DNA of 64,000 bases from Leucoraja ocellata (taxonomy: Eukaryota), in NCBI GenBank assembly GCA_036785375.1, contig JAWMAR010000140.1:868001-932000 (forward strand). Direction: 5' to 3'. Numbering within the stretch: position 1 is the stretch's first letter; the number at the start of each line of letters is the position of its first letter. The position numbers were made by a program, and so were the translations under genes. The notes under the pieces are model-generated. The model was given only the letters and a program-made list of their open reading frames with translations, did not search any database and was not told the origin of the DNA. This document shows positions 1-13,378 of the stretch, piece by piece.

Positions 1-180
1 TAATGTTTTGCAGATGTCCTCTGTGGATGTGAAGCTGCCCACAGACATGGCCAGTCCTCCCTGTGTGGCCACTACCACATCATGTGGTTGATTTATCACA
101 CCTCCAGAGCAACAAAAGCATGAAAACAAGAACCTCTGTAGGAGTCCAGCAGTGCAGTGACCAAATGCATGAGGTCATTT

Positions 181-697
181 TTTATTTTATTTTATTTTAA
201 TTATTTTGTATCAAAAATAATTTATTTAATTATGATCACAATACAAAACAAACCCGTGATAACACCCCCCCCCCCCCCTCCCCCCACCATAGTACAAAAT
301 CACCAAATTATCTGGACACTAAATTTTAACAATGTTACAATCCTTACAAATATACTAAATAACTACTATACAACGATGTCCCTCTCTAACACCACCCGGA
401 CGTGGACCTAACTCTGGTAGAGGGGCAAGCATCTGGCTCGGGCAAAGCCCCTTCCACCAGGCGCCGTGACTCGCGGATGTCCAGCTTGGCCAGGCCTAGG
501 AGCAATCTAACCAAGGCATCTTTGGCCCTACCCACTCCCTAGATCCCGTCACCAGTCCTCCAGATGCTGATAGCAGAGCCACTCCTCTCCACGCGGACCC
601 TAGGTGGAGTGGCGGTGCGCCTTGCCCTCCGGACCTTGGCTACAAGGGACATTCTACTGGTCCCTCTAAACTCAGCAGGAACGACGCTGCTCTGGGC
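181..697 (-). mobile_element. 5'-truncated Tx1/L1-clade non-LTR retrotransposon with degenerate 16-bp TSD
   Basis: Minus strand of ~375-535 translates ...DALVRLLLGLAKLDIRESRRLV..., typical of a Tx1 ORF2 C-terminus. A-rich tail at ~181-230. Flanks atgcatgaggtcattt (165-180) and atgcatgtggttattt (698-713) match 14/16. Confidence 0.7.
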
Positions 698-1188
698 ATG
701 CATGTGGTTATTTGGGGGGGGGGGGGTGGATTATGGTCTGCATCTTGACATAAACCCCACTTCGAACCAATTGACTGTGATACAGTCAGATGACATCTGC
801 CACTTGCATGCATGCTTTTGAACAGGCAAATCCACTTGTTGCTGTCAGAGATCACTTGTTTCTTCTGGACCATTGTTGCCTTCCTCATTGATAGATTCAG
901 CGTTAAAACTTTAAAGAACTTGGTGTACTTACCCATATGTTCATCAATTAAAACCAACTAAACAGGTTAACCCTGACGCACCTGTGCATAGATTTTTAAA
1001 TTGTTTACTGAGAAAATTGACTTATATTTGCTGGGGAATTCATCCTGCTTTTAAAGCAGTTCATTGGGTGACACAGTGTAATCAATGAATACTTTTTTTT
1101 AAACTCCATGTTTTAACAATTCTGGCCTATTAAACGCTTCAGACAACAAACACATCCACTGTTGGGTGGAACTTACTGGGAATGCATT

Positions 1189-1320
1189 CTGGAGAAGGGT
1201 CTTGATCCCGAAACGTCACCCATTCCTTCTCTCCAGAGATGCTGCCTATCCCGTTGAGTTACTCCAGCAATTTGTGTCTTTCTTTGTTTTAAACCGCCAT
1301 CTGCATTTCCTTCCGACACA
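1189..1320 (+). mobile_element. Penelope-like terminal (pLTR) unit with degenerate hammerhead-like core
   Basis: ctggagaagggtcttgatcccgaaacgtcacccattccttctctccagagatgctgcc...gagttactccagc, the motif repeated throughout the window. Confidence 0.75.
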
Positions 1321-1554
1321 CTTCTCTGCACCGGTCCTCCAGATTCAGGATTCAAACATGCACATAGACGTCTGAATTTACCGGTGGCAACTCACAAAGG
1401 TTTTGCGAGGAATATTCAGGTTTGAGGGTTGGTGTAGCAGAAGGGAATGGCTTAGTCAGCTGTCAAATTTTCTTCAGCTATGTTGTTGAGAGGTTAGTCT
1501 GTCCTCTCCTCCACATCTGCCAACATTGAATCACTCTCATTAAATTCTGTTAGA

Positions 1555-1963
1555 GATTTTAGACCAGACTTTAGACCTTAGACACCAGGCCCACACCGAC
1601 CAGTGATCCCCACATACTAGCACTATCCTACACACACGATGCCAAATTAAAAATTTTACCAAACCATTTAGTGTACAAACCTGTATGTCTTTTGGAGAAG
1701 GTACACAAAATTGCTGGAGAAACTCAGCGGGTGCAGCAGCATCTATGGAGCGAAGAAAATAGGCGACGTTTCGGGCCGAAACACTTCTTCAGACTCGAAA
1801 ACTGGCGATCTCTGAGAAAACATCCCTATGACATGCAGTCACAGGGAGAACGTGCAAACCCCATAGTCAGGATCAAAGCATCATAGCACCCATAGTCAGG
1901 ATCAAACTCGGGTCTCTAGGGCTGTGAGACAGCAACACTACCACTGCGTCATCATGCCACCCA
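1555..1963 (-). mobile_element. HE1-type V-SINE interrupted by a Penelope pLTR unit (~1698-1795, minus)
   Basis: Matches other SINE copies (cactatcctacacacac, caggatcaaactcgggtctc). Nested gctggagaaactcagcgggtgcagcagcatc...gacgtttcgggccgaaacacttcttcagact. Confidence 0.75.
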
Positions 1964-2308
1964 AAGAGATATTACATTTTAGATTATTCATATAAAGTAG
2001 CTTTAAGCAGCAAAGAGGTGACATGCATGTGTCTGAACATATGTTTTAATCTTTAAATCAATATGTAATGATAATTTAAATATTATCCTGTTGAGCGTTC
2101 TGCATTGTACAAATCAATTCTTGGGAAAGTGAAGAATTTGTATTCAGTAGAAAACCCTTCAGCTGAGTCATGGCTCTCTTGCTGTGCAATATAATATCAG
2201 AGATGTCAAAAGGAATTGGATAAACTCAGAGTAGTGACAATTGTTTGGGTGTTCGAATAAGCATATATCTGTAAATGGTTGAAGAGGTGTGCATTATTTA
2301 ATTATATA

Positions 2309-2778
2309 TTTTTTAAAAAAAAATAATATTTTTATTAGAAGCAGTGTACAAAAGTATAAACCACGGCATATGACGTAATACTTTTATTGTACAGTTTCCA
2401 TTTTGATTTTACTAAAGATGAAATAGAAAAAGAGAGAAAGAGCAAGAAAGAAAGAAAGTGAGAAAGAGAATGGATATGTAAGAATAGAACCACTTAACTA
2501 CCAAATGAGTGTAATCAAAGAGTGAGTGAGTAAAAACTTAAAAAAATAATAAAAAGACAAAAACTAAAAAAAGGACAAAAAAACAAAGTGTTGATATACC
2601 TGCTTCATTTCTCATCACACCCAACACCCAGTCCATAATTCAGTTTAATTCCAAAGTTGTGTTGCACCATACTATCTTTGTAATGAATCAATGAAAGGAG
2701 ATTATATCTTTGAAAATTGCTCTGATTTTCCTGCTAAGACAAGTCTCATATTATCAAGATGTAACGTCTCAGACATGT
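2309..2778 (-). mobile_element. Older L1 3' fragment (ORF2 C-terminus plus 3' UTR)
   Basis: Minus strand translates MSETLHLDNMRLVLAGKSEQFSKI*SPFIDSLQR*, resembling the L1 L.LEK.R...F.KIW.PF terminus. Followed by a pyrimidine-rich UTR and AATAAA/A-rich tail. Confidence 0.65.
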
Positions 2779-3659
2779 TTTTAATTTTTTATTGAGTACG
2801 GCTCATTAATACTTTAAAGCGTTTGCAAAGCAGAGTGAACACTTTCAGGACTTGTTTACAAAAATCATGTTTTTCATTTTTCTGTCAATTGAAACTACAA
2901 CATGGCTGGTCCCCGTGGGAAGCACAATGTTTTATTTTAAATCACGTAGATTCTTGACTTAAATCCCAGAAAATGTAAAGCATGAAAATGAGAAGGAAAT
3001 AAGGATCTTGATGTGGCAGAACTTTGGAAAAATACCGAGAAAGAGATATTTGTTTGAACATCCCAAGCCAGTCCCACCCACTGCAGTAATAAACTAACGG
3101 TGATGCTAATAATAATAGGAACATTTGAGTTTTTGCCATTCAGGCTCAAGTTTTAATGGAGTGAATTTGAATAGGCATTTTATCACAAATGATCACTCAA
3201 GGGTATTTAAACAAGTCAGTTTATGTGTTAAATCTTTAACCTCCTTGTTATGCAGACTATTATAAATTAATTAGATATTATTAGATGCAGTTAAGACCTG
3301 TATGAAATGGTAAATGGAGAATTATTGCACCCAACTGAGAGGTTACATGATATCAAAACGACACGTTATCCAAGACTAATGGAGTCTTGGCTGAGCAAAA
3401 AAGCTGATTCAAGATTTTAATTTCAGAAATACCAGCCTTTATTTTTGTAAATGTTATTTTCCAATAACAATTTTCTCTTCTGGTCTCCCTATCCTTTTCT
3501 CTGTGAGATAGAATGCAGCGATGGACTAGCTCCTGATTTTTATTTGGTTCAGATTATATATAGAAGAATGGAACAACAGTCTCTGAAGACTGTGGGACTA
3601 ATGGACTAGCATTAGTTGGAAATGCTAGTCCAATAGCAAGTTTTGGATAGAGCCAAGCC

Positions 3660-3958
3660 TTATCCACGTGGAGAGGATGGTTCCACTAGTGGCAGAGTCT
3701 AGGGTGAGAGGTTATAGCCTCAGAATTAAAGGACATTTCTTTAAGACGGAGAAGAGGATAAATTTCTTTGGTCAGAGGGTGGTGAATCTGTGGAATTCTT
3801 TGGAGGCCAAGTCAATGGATATTTTTAAGGCAGATATTCTGGGGAGAAGGCAGGAAAATTAGGTTAAGAAGGAGCGATAGATCAGACATGATTGAATGGC
3901 AGAGGAGACTTGATGGGCTGAATGGTCTAATTCTGCTCCTATCACTTATGACCTCATG
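3660..3958 (+). mobile_element. CR1/HER1 LINE 3' fragment
   Basis: ORF 3668-3862 ...ESRVRGYSLRIKG..FKTEKRINFFGQRVVNLWNSL; 3' tail gatgggctgaatggtctaattctgctcctatcacttatga. Confidence 0.85.
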
Positions 3959-4588
3959 ATTAGTTAGGAATGCCCTATAGCACCACTGGTACCAATCTAA
4001 TTCCTGCCACCGTTTACCAAAATTGGCCAATGTCATACACATCTCTAGAAGAATACAATAAAATCCAGAATGGTCATGTCATTTTTTCTTTAAGCGTGGA
4101 GCTCAAACGAACGGCAGTGGAGGGCTGCAAATGAACTATGTTGGTAATTTTTGCAAACTTGACAAAATTAACTTTTATTGGCACTGTGTGCTAGTTCGTC
4201 CTTTAAATGGGGAAAGGATTCTCTAAACTGTGTGATATTATTTATGTTGCTTACTTTGAAGAGGCCTTTATTAGATACTAATTAAACAGCCCCTCTTAAA
4301 TGGCTGCACTCTTCATAGAAAGGGAAGTTAACTTGATGGCAGAAAAGTGGTTACAAGAGCTCAGAAGAGACCTGGAGAAAACACTCCTCTTGTTGGTGCT
4401 GAGGTACATTTGAGGAACGCCTTATCCTTTGTAGTGGAATTAACTCCTTGCATAGTTAGCTATAGGACTTGTTGGAACTGTGGAGGACAGATTTCTAGAT
4501 GTGGTTCAAGTGTCCAGTAACAGAATCCATACTCGGTGAATATCTGTGCCTCCACAATGATTCCTCACTCAATGAGTTCTCATTTTCA

Positions 4589-4763
4589 TTTTTTTTTTTT
4601 TTTTTTTTTTTAATTTTATTTTTATTAGAAGTACGGTAAATTACAATACTACACAACACATATATCTTAATACATTTTTTGTACCGCTTCATTTTTTTTT
4701 GTGCTTTAAGAAAAAGATAGAAGTAAAGAAAGTAAAGAAAGTGCGCAAGAGTCGTGAAGTGCA
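4589..4763 (-). mobile_element. Young, heavily 5'-truncated L1 (3' UTR plus poly-A) with 14-bp TSD
   Basis: Poly-T at 4589-4611; perfect TSD agttctcattttca at 4575-4588 and 4764-4777; near-identical to the start of 48907-49346. Confidence 0.85.
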
Positions 4764-6330
4764 AGTTCTCATTTTCAACTGCTGCTCCCAAGCCAAGAAT
4801 ATATCTTTCCAAAGGAGTCAAGGAAAGAGCATTCACGTTGTGGCCCTGTTTCCACCAATCATTCTACCAGTACGCACAAGAAGCACAAGAAGCACATGGA
4901 ACGCAAGAAGCGCAAGACGCCATTGTGTGCAGATGCTGAGAAGAGTGCTCAGCTCTGGCTGAACAATTTCTAATCTTGTGATGTGGACTCGATAAGAAGA
5001 TCTTTCCTCGTTGTAGAAGCCCTCTTTTTGCCTTACTTATCCACATTTTATAATTCTAAGAAGCTAATTTAAATACACTACAAACCAATGTTATCTCTTT
5101 AAGATAATGTACAAGGGTAAATGTAACTTGTAATGAATGTTATCAATATGATCTACAACACTGTCTGACAAGCAGAGAAATTAAATAATATGTTGCTGTT
5201 TGCTTACTTTCTAATGCGAGTGATTGACAATGAGAGTGTGAGTGACTGTTCCAAAAGTAACAACAAATTACTAGAATGAATGGCAGTCACCACTTTCAGA
5301 GTTCCACTCCAGGGTTGGTTCTATTAGATTTGTGGAGAATTTTTGGTGAAATTAATAGTGCAGCGAAGACCTAATGCACACGGAAAGTGTCAATTCTCAA
5401 TGTTGCTTGCATTAAGAATGCAGCAACTCGGATATATGATGAAATGTGAGAGGTTTGGTAGAGAGAGGGAGGACAGTGAAGCTGGTGGAGTTAGTAGCTG
5501 GAGCGGAAACCATGACAACATTTGGGAACAAGTAGTGGATTATTGAAGGAAAGGGGGATGAAAGGATTTGAGCTCCAAGCAGACAACTGTGATGAATGCT
5601 ATTTTTCACAGGAGAGAATACTGATGGTCTATTGACTACTAACTCAAACTCCTCTTTTTAATCAGAAAAACACTACCAAAAACTGCTCTTTTAGACTTGA
5701 ATCATATGATTTACTAGGTTAATGCGGTTATCGTGGACATGAAGTGAGGGGCTAATAATTCAAGGCTAACCAATGACTAACATGTGAGTTGCAGGGCGAT
5801 AATTCGGATGAAGGTTTAGAATGGCATCATAAAGCTTCAGTGAAAAACTTAAGCTGTTTCTGAACGTCAGCAAACAAACATCAGATTGGTGGCTTCAGGT
5901 CACAGCAGTGAACTGGAATGCTTTATAAGCGGCAGCCTAATACTTATTTACAGTAACACATTTCAATCCTTGAATTTGAGAACAAAAAAAAATCACTGCG
6001 ATGAAAGTGCAGACTATTATGTGAATGGAAGTATAATATTGAAAACAATGGGGTGTGACACTGGTACCGAGCAGCATGTGACTAGCACCATAATATAGTT
6101 ATTTTCTTCAGAGCTCAATTACCAGAAGTCTATTTTAATCCAGTTATCCGAAAGGCCAATTATATTGCTCTCTCTCTCTGTCAACATAAATGTAGTATAA
6201 TTATGGATTCAAGCCATTGATTCAAAAGTCTTAGGTTTTATAAATTGTGTGATGCCACCTTCAGGAGGTAATGTATAAACTCTTGGGAGATCAAGTGTCC
6301 AATCTAAATTTGGTAAAGAGCCAACTGGAT

Positions 6331-6572
6331 ACAATAGACAATAGACAATAGGTTCAGGAGTAGGCCATTCGGCCATTCAATGTGATCATGACTGATCATC
6401 CACAATCAGAACCCCGTTATGCCTTCTCCCCATATCCCCTGACTCCACTATTTTTAAGAGCCCTATCTAGCTCTCTCTTGAAAGCATCCAGAGAACCTGC
6501 CTCCACCGCCCTCTGAGGCAGAGAATTCCAAAGACTCACAACTCTCTGTGTGAAAAAGTGTTTCCTCGTTTC
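6331..6572 (-). mobile_element. CR1/HER1 3' fragment
   Basis: ORF 6417-6611: FFTQRVVSLWNSLPQRAVEAGSLDAFKRELDRAL; (caataga)n tail. Confidence 0.85.
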
Positions 6573-6915
6573 CTCGTAGATACCTTGGGTTTTTTTTAAA
6601 GATTGTAGCAATGTTCTGAGTTGTGCAAATGTATAATGTGAATATACTCTCCTTCGGTATCTACATGTAAAGTACTCTAGTGCTAATAATGCTGCCCTAA
6701 ATCACTTAAGCAGCTACCAAAGCAAGTCAACTCCGTCCCACCCTTCACCTGGCCTCATTGAACATAGACTGCAACTCCATTTACTTTCCATTCTCACAGG
6801 CCATGGAATTCAAAATCAACAATGTTGCTAATTATTTAAAACTCCCCTTTCCTCTCTCTTTCTGAGCTGCCTTTGGCAGTTCTTGCCCTTGACTTTTCCA
6901 ACTGATCTCTGTTGA

Positions 6916-7113
6916 TAGATGCAAAATGCTGGAGTAACTCAGCGGGACAGGCAGCATCTCTGGGGAGAAGGAATGGGAGATGAAGGAAGTCTGAAGAAGG
7001 GTCTCGAGCCGGAACGTCACCCATTCCCTCTCTCCAGAGATGCTGCCTGTCCCACTGAGTTACTCCAGTGTCTATCTTCAGTTTAAACGAGCATCTGCAG
7101 TTCTTTCCTACAC
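6916..7113. mobile_element. Inverted (fold-back) Penelope pLTR dimer with perfect 15-bp TSD
   Basis: Minus unit 6916-6982 followed by plus unit 6988-7113. TSD actgatctctgttga at 6901-6915 and 7114-7128. Confidence 0.85.
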
Positions 7114-8310
7114 ACTGATCTCTGTTGAGTCTCCTTCACCCTGCTTTTGCCTGAACCTCATCCAGCTTTGCACTTCTAACCTTTAATGTTCGCCTCTGCC
7201 AGTGAGCACTGCACCGATTTTTATCACCACCGCTCAGTGCCCTTCTTGTGCTTTCTGTTATGGTTACATAAAATGTAATTGATGTACAAATGAGACATCA
7301 GAAAGTAGCAGGGTAAAAGAACAAACTTCAAAGACATTATTATCGATAAGCGGTCGCCAATAACCAGGCAATGATTCATCAAAACTATCCTTTTGTTTGC
7401 TCTATCCCTGCCTGTCTACATACACAAAGAGACAGCAGATGAGGCTCATGTCTAAATGGATAATTACTTCAATGTGGAAGCATAGTGACACTTTTTCCTG
7501 CAATGTCATCTTTAAGTACATTGGTTTGAATAATGGTGAAGGCTGTTAAAAAGGGAAGCATAATGATGGTAACAACTAGGTCAGTTACATTTTAATTGCC
7601 ATTACATTTCATTACTAACATATCAATTCGCTGCTGCTCAGTTAAGCAGAAAACAATATCGCAACACATAAAGTGCAGCCGGATGCAGTCTTGTTGCTTT
7701 GCCCACCTCTAAGGCCAGCCTAACTTAGCTAATGGCAAAGTGAAACCTTCCTACTTTAATCGGCTAAAGTAACTGAAGGCTCATGCTGATTGTGTTCTCC
7801 CTTCAGGGATCACTGATCGGTCAAATTTACCTCAAACACTGCCGATGCTAAAATTAAATTATTTGCATTTAGTTTCTGGTACTTGAGCTGCATGGAACAC
7901 CTGCCTTGAAATACCATTTAATGATTTATAATTGAAAAATAAAGCATGGCCCACAAGAATTAAAAAATATGGTCTTGAATTGATGCCCACCCAGGGTAGA
8001 GGGGAATGTTTAAAGGTACATATAAATGTTGGCAGGAAGTGGGGTTTCCTCTTTATCTTTACTCACACAGTGAAGGCCATGAAATTCCTTCCTATTTCTA
8101 GAACCCAAAATCTGAGCAGCACCATATCCTTCCCATGAGCCTGAATCATCCGTCACCTGTGGGATCTCTGCCAGCCTGTATATGTAGGACCAGTGTCTCT
8201 CCCTACCTCCCCACATTCACAGTGGCCCGGACATTTGAATTAGCGCGCGCTGAGCAGAACTGCGTAGGAATTTTCAGTGGATGACAGAAACCCAGCATTC
8301 CTTCTCTTTC

Positions 8311-8430
8311 TTGAATTGAATTGAATACTTTATTGTCACATGCGACAAGTCACAGTGGAATTATTTACTTGCATACCCAAGGTATGCAAATAGTCACCCA
8401 AAAAGGGTGCTTATAAAGTTACAATTATCT
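8311..8430 (-). mobile_element. Rex1/Babar-type 3' tail
   Basis: (ttgaa)n microsatellite next to tttattgtcacatg...cacagtggaatt, the reverse of the aattt-cact...tgacaataaa tail seen on other copies. Confidence 0.55.
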
Positions 8431-8576
8431 CACGCTTCCCCTTTGTTCTTCCACCCCTCCCCCTTCCCCCATGCCATGCCCTCCTTTGTTCCATCCCTCT
8501 GCACCTGCCCGCAGTAAGTTGAAGCCTGTTGATCATTGTGCGGGTCAATCTATCAACAATTCAACGAGGCATAAAC

Positions 8577-9613
8577 TAGGTATGTTGCAAAACCTACCTG
8601 AATCGTCGTTGAGAATCTGCCCCAGCCCTTGTGCGCGATTTTGGCGCTGTTTAGAGGGGGCGGGTTTAAAACGCGATTTTTACTAGGCTGTTGCAATCGA
8701 AAATGTTCAGCCTAGTAAATCATTAACAAAAAATCGCTGAAAGACCCCGTCGCAAAAGGTAATATTAGTTTTTATGGCCTTGTATAATAGTTATAGTAGT
8801 TTAAAAATCACTCTCTAAATCCGTGACCTCTCGCAGCCCCAGGGTTTTATAAAGCAAACAATTAAAAGTATGTACCTTATTTTTACATTAAAAGGGGCTT
8901 CTTAAGAACCCTGTATATAAAGTTTTCTATAGCGAATAGTTCATTTTGGGCTCTTTATATCCCGCAGTATTTTTCTGGGCATTTGAGGGCACAAATCTAG
9001 CGCAATGTGAACGTTCTAAACCAGCGCGTTCACAGGAACCCACTAGAAAGCTGATTTAAAATGGACTTTAATTTACTGCAATTGAACACTAAATTCCTTC
9101 CATTTGGCCTATAAATTAATGTAAATGAGATTTTAAAATCATGTTTTATTGTGAATTATTTATGAATATTATTTGGACACAGGCTATTTAAAAACGTTAA
9201 TCATTTATTAAGAAATGGATAGATGTTTAGATCTAGTAATTGAAGTTTGAAATTACTACACTTGGGTAACTAACTAATTATATGCTTTAATTTCAGGTCA
9301 TCCAAGTTAGGTTATTTTATGTTTGTTTCAGAATGATTCAATCTACGATAACTGAAAATTTCATTCAGTTCTCTTAATTTTTAAGAAGGTTATGGCCTTT
9401 TGACAGCACGCGATCACAGCTTTTTTGTTATGTCCATAGAAAATCAATAGGGAACAAGATGCTAATTTCCGAGTATGAAAATGGCCATAACTTTTTAAAT
9501 ACTTGAGATATGAAAGTGAATTGGGTGTCAAATTAAACTTATTTTTATGCTTTATCTGATGGGATAAATTACAGACTTGATTTTTTAAATCTCAAAATTT
9601 TGTAACATTGCTA
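8577..9613 (+). mobile_element. ~1-kb non-autonomous DNA transposon, TAG..CTA termini, 7-bp TSD (hAT/hATw-like)
   Basis: Imperfect TIRs taggtatgttgcaaaa / ttttgtaacattgcta; TSD cataaac at 8570-8576 and 9614-9620; homologous inverted copy at 19723-20735. Confidence 0.85.
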
Positions 9614-10175
9614 CATAAACTTTGGTGATGACCAGCAACAACTTCTCACCACAGCCCCTGCCTCGATGACATCTCCTCGTGGTTGATCAGATCAGCATTC
9701 CTGACTGGAGTGGAGTCACCCTGCTGGCTGGGAGGCCTTTCAAGCCAACTCAAACAATTGTAGTTGCAGCTTCTCCACTGATCTAAAACTACGTTTCGCA
9801 CCAGCTCTTTCTTGCTAACCTGAGCAAATAGGCTTAAATGCTTTCCCCTCTCATGAATGGTAACTTGGTCAGCTTTTTGGTTTAAAAATAATGTTATATA
9901 ACAAAGCCTGTATTTCTGAACCACACTACAGATGGTTGTGAACAATTTAAAGAGATATGTTGGAGTTAAACTTTCACAATGTAGCATCTTCCAAATGGAG
10001 AAATGAAAAACTTAAAAATATCCCAGGATACCCTCTGGCCGTCAACATAATTTCAGTGATGTATTTTTAATTGTTTGCACAACTGATCTCTCTTAAGACA
10101 ATTTTTCAACTGTTCCATATTTAATTTACTCACCATTTTCAGTCTATTTCATAATAATTCCTGAATATTATATCT

Positions 10176-10700
10176 CACAATCACAATCACAATAATACTT
10201 CAATAGCCAAGTACGTTTTGCAACATACGAGGAATTTCAATTGCCAAGTCATACAAATAAAAAGCAACAAAAAACACAAAATACATTTTAACATAAACAT
10301 CCACCACAGTGACTCCTCCATATTCCTCACTGTGATGGAAGGTGAAAAAAGTTCAATCTCTTCCCTTCCTTGTTCTCCTGCGGTCAGGGGCCTTGAGCCC
10401 TTCGTTGACGGGACAATCTTGATTCCCGTACTTGGCAGCGTTTGGGCCCTCCACATCGGGGCAATCAGCATCTGCATCAGGGGGATGTCAGCTCCCACAT
10501 GCCGGCAAGGTAAGAAACTGAAAAAAAAAGTTTCCCCCAACCCTCTACCCCTCCCTGCACATAAAACAAGCCGGGGAAGCATTTAGACAGACATTTAAAA
10601 TGCACTAAACATTATTTAAAAGACAAAAAAACAGACAGACTGTTGGTGGGGCTGCCAATCGTGCCAATGGAGCCACGACCTGGTGGTGGTGGCTCCATGG
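10176..10700 (-). mobile_element. Non-autonomous element with Rex1-type 3' tail
   Basis: (cacaat)n tail; ccaccacagtg...cactgtgatgg hairpin shared with 56928-57348; GC-rich body. Confidence 0.6.
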
Positions 10701-10970
10701 ACAGACAAGACCCCAGGGGTCAGGCATATATGTCCTACATCCTCCATCTCACTCTATCATTCTGTTTACATCCACAGCTTGCACATCCACATACCGGATA
10801 GTAACGGATACTCAACGGGCCGATGGCCATCATTCTGCTCCGATGTCTTATGAACCTTTGGTTCTCCCATAACGGGTTGGAATATTGAAGTTTAGATCCA
10901 TTTCTGGGATCGTGGACTCCTGTACAACCACCATCTCCAAATTTGCAGGTGTACTTAGACACTTGTTTTA

Positions 10971-11195
10971 TGTAGTGAGACCAGGCAGGTTGAGCAAAGT
11001 GGTTTTTATTAACAAAACACAAACAAAAGCTCGTAATACCACGTACCTATTCTAGCTAACAAATACAGCTCCTGTCGATGCGGGGAGTGTTCATTACTAA
11101 CTAAAAGCCCACAAATGAACCCCTGCGGTCACGTGGCAGTGCCGACCAATGACGAGGGTTCTGACTTCCCAGTCCCACCACTAGGTGCCACTATA
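10971..11195 (-). mobile_element. Possible solo LTR (Gypsy-like)
   Basis: Ends tgtagtg...cactata (TG..CA with one transition); AATAAA on minus at ~11005-11010. No convincing TSD. Confidence 0.4.
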
Positions 11196-12107
11196 TATTG
11201 TTATCCTGTAAACTGACTCAACATTTGATTTAATTAATCCAAGTGCTTCAAATCAATTCCAACTAAGCTTACACAGGAGGCTATTTTTGAGGGTGCATGT
11301 GCTTAATTAAATTCAGGATCAACTGGGACCTTTTGAAGTGAGGGGTTTCTGAGGTTGAAGAGTACTACAAAATTGGGAAGTGTTCCTCTTGCTTTCTTTC
11401 ACACCAGCTTTGTTTGCCGAGCTCTGATCCGTGCGATAGAGTTACTGTCCCAGGATTTTCTACTACAGTGACACCACCTACAGTTTGTCTTGATAGCGGG
11501 TGACTGGATTTTAAGTAAATGGGTGAAGCCACATCCTTATCTCCAAGCTAATTTATCATCATTGTAGAACATGACTTTTTATGTTCTGTCAACAGTTATT
11601 AAAAACCTGTATAAAATTCATGTCGATATTTCAAAGTGAATTGCTGTGCAAATGTTTCAGTGTTCATTAAATAGGAATAGGTTGTGTTCATCAGGGAAAG
11701 GGTGCATTACTTTTATGATTCTATAATATCTGCATTATGATCGTCTCATCATTCTGGATGTTTGAAGGATGGCCTTCATATCCCACTGCTAAGTGCCATC
11801 CGAAGGATCTCCTTGACTAATAATGAAAGCAGTCTGCACAAGAAGTAATTTAGAACAGGAATGAAAGGACTTTAATTGGACTCAATGTTACTTGCAAAAT
11901 GGTTCACTGCCAATGGAACTCTACTCTTGAAAGCGTGCAAGTAATAGTTCAATTCAGAATAAGTTTCACTGCTATAAAGTAATAGGGAAGAGGTTTTTAT
12001 TGTGCTGTGTCTCAAACACAAGGCAACATTTTCAAAAATATTCAGGAGCAAAAACATTTTAATTTTGTAAAATATTCAATTTTATTAACTATATCAATGG
12101 GCAAGGC

Positions 12108-12200
12108 TGGAGAAGAGGGGTCTCGACCCGAAATGTCACCCATTCCTTCTCTTGAGAGACGCTGTTGGCCCCGCTGAGTTAATCTGGCATTTTGTGTCTA
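12108..12200 (+). mobile_element. Penelope pLTR unit
   Basis: ggggtctcgacccgaaatgtcacccattccttc...ccgctgagtt...ttttgtgtcta. Confidence 0.75.
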
Positions 12201-13378
12201 TTTTTAGGTTATTTTCCTGTCCAGCATTGATTACATGATGTCCACCACTTGCTTCTACTCTGAGAAGGAATTAAACAAGATGGACCTGTAATAAAATTAA
12301 GTTGACAATGGTGTTACCTTCTCCGTAACATCCAGTGGATTATTTTTGAGAGTTCTGGTTCCTGGCAACTTCAAAATCCAATGCAAGGAGGCAACAGATG
12401 GGAATGCTGACAAGCTAACATTGCAATCAGCAGATAGGAATGCTAAGCTTGAATATTGGTGAAAGCGCGATGAGCAGGATAACTGCAGACTAATGAGCAT
12501 TCACTCTGGATGTTGTGCTGAATGGGATCACCTGATGGAATTAGTGATGTAACTGTTTAAACTCATATTAGATGCTGTAGAAACATGCAAACAACTGACT
12601 GGATATTTGAACACTCAGGCACAGAGGGAATCCCATCTGCAACACCCGTGCATGCAGAAGCCATGTCCTTCCATGTAAAACCAACTAGCTTCTCCTGTTC
12701 TCTTTGCAATGGAAGTCATTGCTGTAGCCTGATCCCACCTGCAAATTGATGTCCATGTGCTGACATTGTTATGAGACATGTTAGCACATTTAAACCAGTC
12801 ATGGCTGGTGCTCATCGACAGAAGGAATCCTTGACCATGGTTGCACCAGAGATCCTGCCACATGACTGAAATGTTGTTGCCTGCTTCCAAAACTCAAAAA
12901 AGCAGGAGCTAATCTCAAGCATGTAGTTGAGGTATTTACTATCCCTTACAACATGCTTCTTGTCAAACTTTCCAATTGATCTCCAGCTGGGTCAAATTTC
13001 TGAAATATGTAATAAGGCTCCATGCAAACGTCGATCTTTACTACACTTTCTTTGGAGATTACTTTCCTGATTGCCATCTTATTAAATTGACATTTTTTTC
13101 CTCTGTTCCGTTCAGCATGAAGGCGGGCAGTCTCTTGGTTCTGCAGGACACGTTTCTCGATGTACGTGAAATATTCCTACACGTTGTTCAGGATTGATTT
13201 AGCGCTTCTAATAAAATGATATACATGAGGCTCCAGGCATTTATGGGATAGAGTGAGCAGGAGTGTGCTTAGGCCATATAGGGGCAGAGCAAGCTTCAAC
13301 TCCACCATGTCTCATCCATCTACCTGCAGCCGATCTGCTGCCTGCAAAGATTGGGCTGGTAGAGGTGAGCCATTGTTT

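Noticed and set aside
14-160. Possible exon after ttttgcag at the window start
   Set aside because: All three frames stop within 36 codons and none gives a recognisable protein; cannot be supported without upstream context.
9646-9987. Minus ORF ending at a gtgag donor
   Set aside because: No family motif and weak acceptor; within chance expectation.
10667-10698. 10-bp hairpin at the 5' end of the Rex1-tailed element, considered as an HDV-like ribozyme
   Set aside because: Could not build the nested double pseudoknot by eye; only a simple stem is supported.
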